A stretch of 64,000 bases of DNA, from assembly GCF_016026235.1 (NCBI RefSeq), contig NZ_CP065613.1; one strand, 5' to 3'. A model generated the notes under the pieces. It ran no database searches. It was not told where the DNA came from and saw only the letters and a list, made by a program, of their open reading frames with translations. This document shows positions 57,167 through 64,000 of the stretch, piece after piece. A program made the translations under genes and the position numbers. The stretch is from Escherichia coli (GTDB lineage: Bacteria; Pseudomonadota; Gammaproteobacteria; Enterobacterales; Enterobacteriaceae). Position 1 is the stretch's first letter, and every line of letters starts with the position of its first letter.

Positions 57167-57664
57167 TCACCGCAGCATCGTCATCAGCTCCATGGGAGAA
57201 CGATGCTGCTTTATCAGATCACGCATTACCCGCATATGCGGTGCGGAGTAAGAATAAAACGCCTGATAGCCCGCACAAAGCACGTTGTCTGGCGTCTCCT
57301 CCCGAGCGTGCGGACACAGCCGATGCCAGTCGCACGCCTGGCAGTCACGGCGCGATTGCGGGTTTTCGCTGCCACACCATTTTTGTAGGGTGGCGTCAAA
57401 AAGCTCAATCGAAATACGACTGATATCTGCCCGCACCCAACACTCAAACAGGGCAATTAAAAATTTCCCCCACAGCTCTGCTGTCACCGAAGCGGCCGTC
57501 ATATCGCCCCAGTCATCAAATTCAAGATGGGGAATAAGCTGTACGGAGCGGATGCCCCGCTGTTTGAAATTGTGATAAAAATCGGCAGGTTGCAGAGTAT
57601 CCTTATACTCTACAACCAGTTTATGCCTGTCCTCTTCAGCATCAATGACCTGACTTCCTGTCAT
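57167..57664 (-). CDS. yidF: YidF (Cys-rich protein, putative radical-SAM/anaerobic sulfatase maturase-related)
   Basis: 165 aa with several Cys clusters; position conserved relative to yidG/yidH. Confidence 0.8.
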   Translation of the reverse strand: MTGSQVIDAEEDRHKLVVEYKDTLQPADFYHNFKQRGIRSVQLIPHLEFDDWGDMTAASVTAELWGKFLIALFECWVRADISRISIELFDATLQKWCGSENPQSRRDCQACDWHRLCPHAREETPDNVLCAGYQAFYSYSAPHMRVMRDLIKQHRSPMELMTMLR

Positions 57665-58023
57665 GCGACTCTCTCAATAAATACGATAAGTTGATGTATA
57701 TGCGTTACAGCAAACAGTATTGCGAGAGATAACACCGCGAGGGAGATCAAAAATTTGTCACGGACTACGTGAAATTGGGAAAAATCGCTATTCGTGACAT
57801 CCATTAAATTGCGATTACGAGTGTAGTGCCAGAGGATCAGCGCCACGATGGCGAGGATGCCAATCGAAATCCAGAATAACATGCCCGCCTGGTGCCAGTT
57901 GTGTTTGATAGCCAACGCCATCAACGCGCCGTAGCCCAGCATGGTACGAAACCACGCCAGTGATGTACGCTCCGGCTGCAGCCCTGGGTCGGCAATGCGT
58001 CTGGCTTTGCGGCTATCCGGCAT
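57661..58023 (-). CDS. yidG: inner membrane protein YidG
   Basis: 120 aa, 3 predicted TM segments; 4-bp overlap with the yidF start. Confidence 0.85.
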   Translation of the reverse strand: MPDSRKARRIADPGLQPERTSLAWFRTMLGYGALMALAIKHNWHQAGMLFWISIGILAIVALILWHYTRNRNLMDVTNSDFSQFHVVRDKFLISLAVLSLAILFAVTHIHQLIVFIERVA

Positions 58024-58360
58024 ACAACACCAGTCCCATAACGATCACTGCTACGACCATCAATATTAAGCTGATGATTAATAAGCTGTTGGTGTAGGGC
58101 AGGTCCTCTTTCAGACGCATCGCTTTTTCATTGCGTAACCAGCGCAAGTAGCCATACATCGCTAACCCGCCGGAAAACAGACACAACAACAACGCCAGCA
58201 GTTCGCGAATGACGGGCGTGGCGAAATCTGGCGCAAGTTGATCAAGCCCAACCCCCGCCGCCAGAAATCCTAGTGCAGTACGGATCCACGCCAGAAAAGT
58301 ACGCTCATTAGCCAGCGAGAAGCGGTAATCGGGCGCTTCTCCGAGGCGGGAAATTTTCAT
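58013..58360 (-). CDS. yidH: DUF202-family inner membrane protein YidH
   Basis: 115 aa MKISRLGEAPDYRFSLANERTFLAWIRTALGFLAAGVGL...; overlaps the yidG start by 11 bp. Confidence 0.85.
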   Translation of the reverse strand: MKISRLGEAPDYRFSLANERTFLAWIRTALGFLAAGVGLDQLAPDFATPVIRELLALLLCLFSGGLAMYGYLRWLRNEKAMRLKEDLPYTNSLLIISLILMVVAVIVMGLVLYAG

Positions 58361-58468
58361 TGTTGCTCCTTTGCAATTTCACTAACGCTCTACCTTTAGC
58401 GGTTTTTTTTAAGAATTTCGTCCGCCCGTTTCCTGATATGCTTTTGCCATCCGCTACAAGGAGGTCAG

Positions 58469-58918
58469 ATGGGTATCATAGCTCAAAATAAAATCAGTTC
58501 ATTGGGCATGCTGTTCGGTGCCATCGCTTTAATGATGGGGATTATCCACTTTTCATTCGGCCCTTTCTCCGCACCACCGCCAACGTTTGAAAGCATCGTG
58601 GCGGACAAAACGGCTGAAATTAAAAGAGGTCTTCTCGCCGGAATAAAAGGCGAAAAAATTACCACCGTGGAGAAAAAAGAGGACGTAGATGTCGATAAAA
58701 TCCTCAATCAAAGCGGTATCGCACTGGCCATTGCTGCGCTACTTTGCGCATTTATTGGCGGTATGCGTAAGGAAAATCGCTGGGGCATTCGCGGCGCGCT
58801 GGTTTTTGGCGGCGGGACGCTGGCTTTCCATACCTTGCTTTTTGGTATCGGCATCGTGTGCAGCATTTTGCTGATATTCCTTATCTTTTCCTTCCTGACT
58901 GGCGCTTCACTGGTTTAA
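58469..58918 (+). CDS. yidI: inner membrane protein YidI
   Basis: 149 aa, hydrophobic. Confidence 0.85.
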   Translation: MGIIAQNKISSLGMLFGAIALMMGIIHFSFGPFSAPPPTFESIVADKTAEIKRGLLAGIKGEKITTVEKKEDVDVDKILNQSGIALAIAALLCAFIGGMRKENRWGIRGALVFGGGTLAFHTLLFGIGIVCSILLIFLIFSFLTGASLV

Positions 58919-58964
58919 GCAGCCTGAATAATGCCCGCCGGGTGTTCATCAGCGGGCATTATCG

Positions 58965-60458
58965 TCAGAACTTCTGTTTTTTCTCTTCCACCTTCACCCC
59001 TTGTGTCGGCAGGCCGGTGTCATAGTCGCGTACCACTGGCGAATAACCATCTTGTGGGCGTGGACGAAATGCCCCCATCCAGCGCGGCTGTGCATCTTTA
59101 CGCCACGGACGCAGGCTCCATTGGTAACTGCGGAACGGATCGCGAATTTTGTCCATATAATCCAATAAGGCATCATGCATTTTGCTGCGAACGTCGGCAA
59201 AATGGGCATCATCGATCAGGTTATGCATTTCATTTGGATCATTACGGCGATCGTAAAGTTCATCACTGGTGAAGAGGTTGAGCACCAGTTTAAAGTCATC
59301 CGTCACCCAGCAACGCACCGGAATAAAACCGCCAAAGCTGTCATGCTCAATCTCATAGCGGTTAAATTCCACCATCACGCCGCGTGGCTCTTTCACGGCA
59401 AGGATATTTTCCCCCGGCAGAATCTCTGGTTTTTCAATATCTGCCAGCGCCATCATTGTCGGCAGTAAATCGATATGACTGACTGGCGTATTGACCTGTC
59501 GCCGCTCCCCTTGCGGCGAACGGATGATCAGCGGAATACGGGTGATGTCGTCATACATCGCCGCTCCTTTACTGATCAGCTTATGTGCGCCCATCATTTC
59601 GCCGTGATCGGATGTATAAATAACCCACGTATTTTCACGTTGCTCTGGCGTTAAGGCATTGATGACCCGTCCTATTTGGTCATCAACAAAGTCATTACAG
59701 GCAAAATAGAGCGGATGGTGATAAAGCCCGTCATCACCGACTGGCGATGGCATCGCCTGCGCCCATAAGCGGTGATGTTCTGGTTTGTTCGCCAGGTCAT
59801 CCTGTGCTTTCTCGCCCAGCTCGTAGTAAAAATCAGCGTATTTCTCTAAATACTCCACCGGACAGGTGAACGGGTGATGCGGCTCATCATACGAAACCAC
59901 CATCAGGAAGGGTTCCTCGGTGCGCGCGGGCTGTTGCAGAAAATCCACCGCCCGATTGCTGATGCGGTGCGCCCAGGTGAAGGTTTCGTCAATATGGTTC
60001 GCCTGTAAATCTTCGACGCTGTTTAGGCCATTGCGCCACAGGCTAATCTCTTTTTCCGTCAGTTCGCTAAGATAGTTCGCCCCATCGAACCAGTAATCAG
60101 CATCCCACTCCGGCGGACACTCGCCAGTGCCGAAATAGTCATGTCCATCGAGATGCCATTTGCCGATGTAACAGGTGTGATAGCCGGCATCCTTAAAGTA
60201 GCGCCCCATAGTAGAGATGTTTTTGCCTGGCGCGACGTTGTTGGTCCACGGGCCGGACTGGTTAGCGTAGATACCGGTAAACAGCCCGGCGCGTGCAGGC
60301 GTACAAACCGGTGAACAGGTGTAGGCGGAATTAAAGCGAATACCTTCCGCCGCCAGACTATCAATATTTTGCGTATTCAGCGGGTTACCGCTATAGCACC
60401 CGACCATATTGGTGGCCTGGGTATCGGTCATGATGAACAGAAAATTGGGGCGTTTCAT
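58965..60458 (-). CDS. yidJ: sulfatase-family protein YidJ
   Basis: 497 aa with sulfatase signature C-x-P-x-R context (YTCSPVCTPARAGLFTG). Confidence 0.9.
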   Translation of the reverse strand: MKRPNFLFIMTDTQATNMVGCYSGNPLNTQNIDSLAAEGIRFNSAYTCSPVCTPARAGLFTGIYANQSGPWTNNVAPGKNISTMGRYFKDAGYHTCYIGKWHLDGHDYFGTGECPPEWDADYWFDGANYLSELTEKEISLWRNGLNSVEDLQANHIDETFTWAHRISNRAVDFLQQPARTEEPFLMVVSYDEPHHPFTCPVEYLEKYADFYYELGEKAQDDLANKPEHHRLWAQAMPSPVGDDGLYHHPLYFACNDFVDDQIGRVINALTPEQRENTWVIYTSDHGEMMGAHKLISKGAAMYDDITRIPLIIRSPQGERRQVNTPVSHIDLLPTMMALADIEKPEILPGENILAVKEPRGVMVEFNRYEIEHDSFGGFIPVRCWVTDDFKLVLNLFTSDELYDRRNDPNEMHNLIDDAHFADVRSKMHDALLDYMDKIRDPFRSYQWSLRPWRKDAQPRWMGAFRPRPQDGYSPVVRDYDTGLPTQGVKVEEKKQKF

Positions 60459-62170
60459 AGGCTATCCTTTGCATCGGGAGTAAAGGTTACGGCTGGGTCG
60501 TGACGATGCCGCCAGCTGTCAAAAATCAGGTAGACAATCACTACGGCGGCAATGAAATAACTGATCATCGCTAACCAGCGCGTACCGTAGCCGCCGAATT
60601 CAGCCAGCCCGGCATAGACGCCAATCATCGCGAACAGGATGCCAATTGACGCGATCTTGACGTTTTTCCACGGTTTCATGTCCACCGCAAACGCATCTTT
60701 GAAGGTGAACGGCGTGGCGCGCGGTTTGATAAAACCGATCACCAGCATCACGACCACGTTGATGCAGAACGTACAGGCCAGCACATAGAGGAAATGGAAG
60801 TCGAACTTCACCAGATAGTTGATGGTGATATAGCTGATTATGCCAATCCCCATCGCCACTTTTGCCGCCAGCGCCGGGATGCGCGGGAAGAAAAAGCCCA
60901 TAATGATGATGGTAACCAGCGGCACGTTGTAAATGCCGTTGAGCTGTTTCATCCAGCTATACAGCCCCTGCGGCGCGTTGGCGATCCACGGCGCTACCAG
61001 CACCGAAACGATAGCGATAAAGAAACCAAATTTGCGCCCGACGGTGACCAGCTGCTGCGGCTCGGCATTCTGGTTAATGATGCGACGGTAAATACCCATA
61101 CTGAATAACGTACTGGCGCTATTCAGAAAGCCGTTGAAGGTACTGATCACCGCACCAAATAACACCGCGCCGAAGAAACCCACCAGTGGCACTGGCAGAA
61201 CGTTATTGACCAGCGTCGGGTAGGCCATGTCGGCTTTCGGTAGATCCTGATACAGATGAAACGCAATCAACCCTGGCAGCACCAGTACCAGCGGGTCGAG
61301 CATTTTCAGCACCGCCGTTAACAGCGCCCCCTTTTGCCCTTCCGCCAGGCTTTTTGACGCCAGCGTGCGTTGCACGATGCCCTGATTTGTACACCAGTAA
61401 AAGGTGTTCACCAGAATTAAACCGGTAAATGCCGCGCCAATCGGCAAGGGATCGGTCGGGCCACCGACTGAGTTTAATTTCTCGGCGTGAACGGTGGTAA
61501 TTTGCTCAATGCCCTGCATAAAGCTGCCCTTGCCCATCGCGATCAGGCCAAATACCGGCACCATCAACCCGCCGATAACCAGCCCAATACCGTTGATGGA
61601 GTCCGCCACTGCCATTGCGCGCAGTCCGCCGATCACCGCATACAAAATTCCCGCCAGACCAAGCAAAATTACCAGTAGCCAGATAGCCGCACCGTGAGAA
61701 ATCTGTAGCGATTCCCCGACGTGAAACAGGCTGTTGAGCGCCAACGCGCCGGAGTAGAGAACAATCGGCAGAAAGCAGACGCCGGTGGCAATGAGGAAGC
61801 AGAAGTCGATGATAATACGCGTCGTTTTATCATAACGTTCCTCCAGAAAATCGGGGATGGTGGCAATGCCGCGCTTCAGATAGCGCGGTAAAAAGATTAG
61901 CGCGAGGAAGATCAGCGTCACCGCTGAAGTGACTTCCCAGCCCATCACCGACATGCCGCTTTTGTAGGCCTGCCCGGAAAGACCAACCAGTTGTTCCGTG
62001 GAAAGGTTGGTTAACATTAACGAAGCGGCAATAACCGGCGCTTTTAGTGAACGTCCGGCAAGAAAATAGCCTTGTTGCGATCCGGTATCTGTTTTGCGAA
62101 CCTTCCACCAGGTGATGACCGCCACCAGCAGCGTAAAACCGACAAAACTCAAGATTTGTAACGAATTCAT
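60455..62170 (-). CDS. yidK: sodium:solute symporter family transporter YidK
   Basis: 571 aa, polytopic; its stop overlaps the yidJ start. Confidence 0.9.
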   Translation of the reverse strand: MNSLQILSFVGFTLLVAVITWWKVRKTDTGSQQGYFLAGRSLKAPVIAASLMLTNLSTEQLVGLSGQAYKSGMSVMGWEVTSAVTLIFLALIFLPRYLKRGIATIPDFLEERYDKTTRIIIDFCFLIATGVCFLPIVLYSGALALNSLFHVGESLQISHGAAIWLLVILLGLAGILYAVIGGLRAMAVADSINGIGLVIGGLMVPVFGLIAMGKGSFMQGIEQITTVHAEKLNSVGGPTDPLPIGAAFTGLILVNTFYWCTNQGIVQRTLASKSLAEGQKGALLTAVLKMLDPLVLVLPGLIAFHLYQDLPKADMAYPTLVNNVLPVPLVGFFGAVLFGAVISTFNGFLNSASTLFSMGIYRRIINQNAEPQQLVTVGRKFGFFIAIVSVLVAPWIANAPQGLYSWMKQLNGIYNVPLVTIIIMGFFFPRIPALAAKVAMGIGIISYITINYLVKFDFHFLYVLACTFCINVVVMLVIGFIKPRATPFTFKDAFAVDMKPWKNVKIASIGILFAMIGVYAGLAEFGGYGTRWLAMISYFIAAVVIVYLIFDSWRHRHDPAVTFTPDAKDSL

Positions 62171-62336
62171 CTCATAGCCCTTATTTATGTTTATGTCCCG
62201 GACGCATGAATATAGGGAGAGGTAAAATGCGTCGGGTCAGGCAGTCAGATTCTTAAAATACAAACGTCGTATCCCTGAACGGATTGTTTTCTGTTAAGTT
62301 CAGGTTGTGAGCATAATTCGCTGGAGGGATATTAAA

Positions 62337-64000
<1,664 letters not shown>

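Overview
This window reads as an Escherichia coli chromosomal segment colinear with the K-12 waaA-coaD-mutM-rpmBG-yicR-dfp-dut-slmA-pyrE-rph ... spoT-recG-gltS-xanP-yicHIJ-selC-setC ... ade-uhpTCBA-ilvNB-tisB-emrD-yidF..yidL region, but from a non-K-12 background. All calls come from reading the supplied six-frame translations and the nucleotide sequence and comparing them with remembered protein families and gene order; no database search was run. Against the conserved backbone, five accessory or disrupted loci stand out: (1) a compact retron (reverse transcriptase plus msr/msd RNA, consistent with retron Ec107) between slmA and pyrE, with no effector gene beside it; (2) a 288-aa orphan gene placed 2 bp after the gltS stop and overlapping the recG 3-prime end; (3) a roughly 7.3 kb eight-gene PTS/aldolase/kinase/cupin sugar-catabolism island between yicH and yicI, matching what I remember of the frz operon of extraintestinal pathogenic E. 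coli; (4) a HigB/HigA-like toxin-antitoxin pair between nepI and yicN; (5) an IS4-family insertion sequence with 13-bp target duplication splitting adeQ (yicO), its transposase itself frameshifted. dinD carries a 1-bp deletion, rph is intact (unlike K-12 rph-1), and selC appears unoccupied by any island. The tisB/istR type I toxin locus and the ilvB attenuator are present. No CRISPR array or rRNA was seen. Nothing here is demonstrably unprecedented; the effector-less retron and the orphan gene are the best candidates for follow-up.
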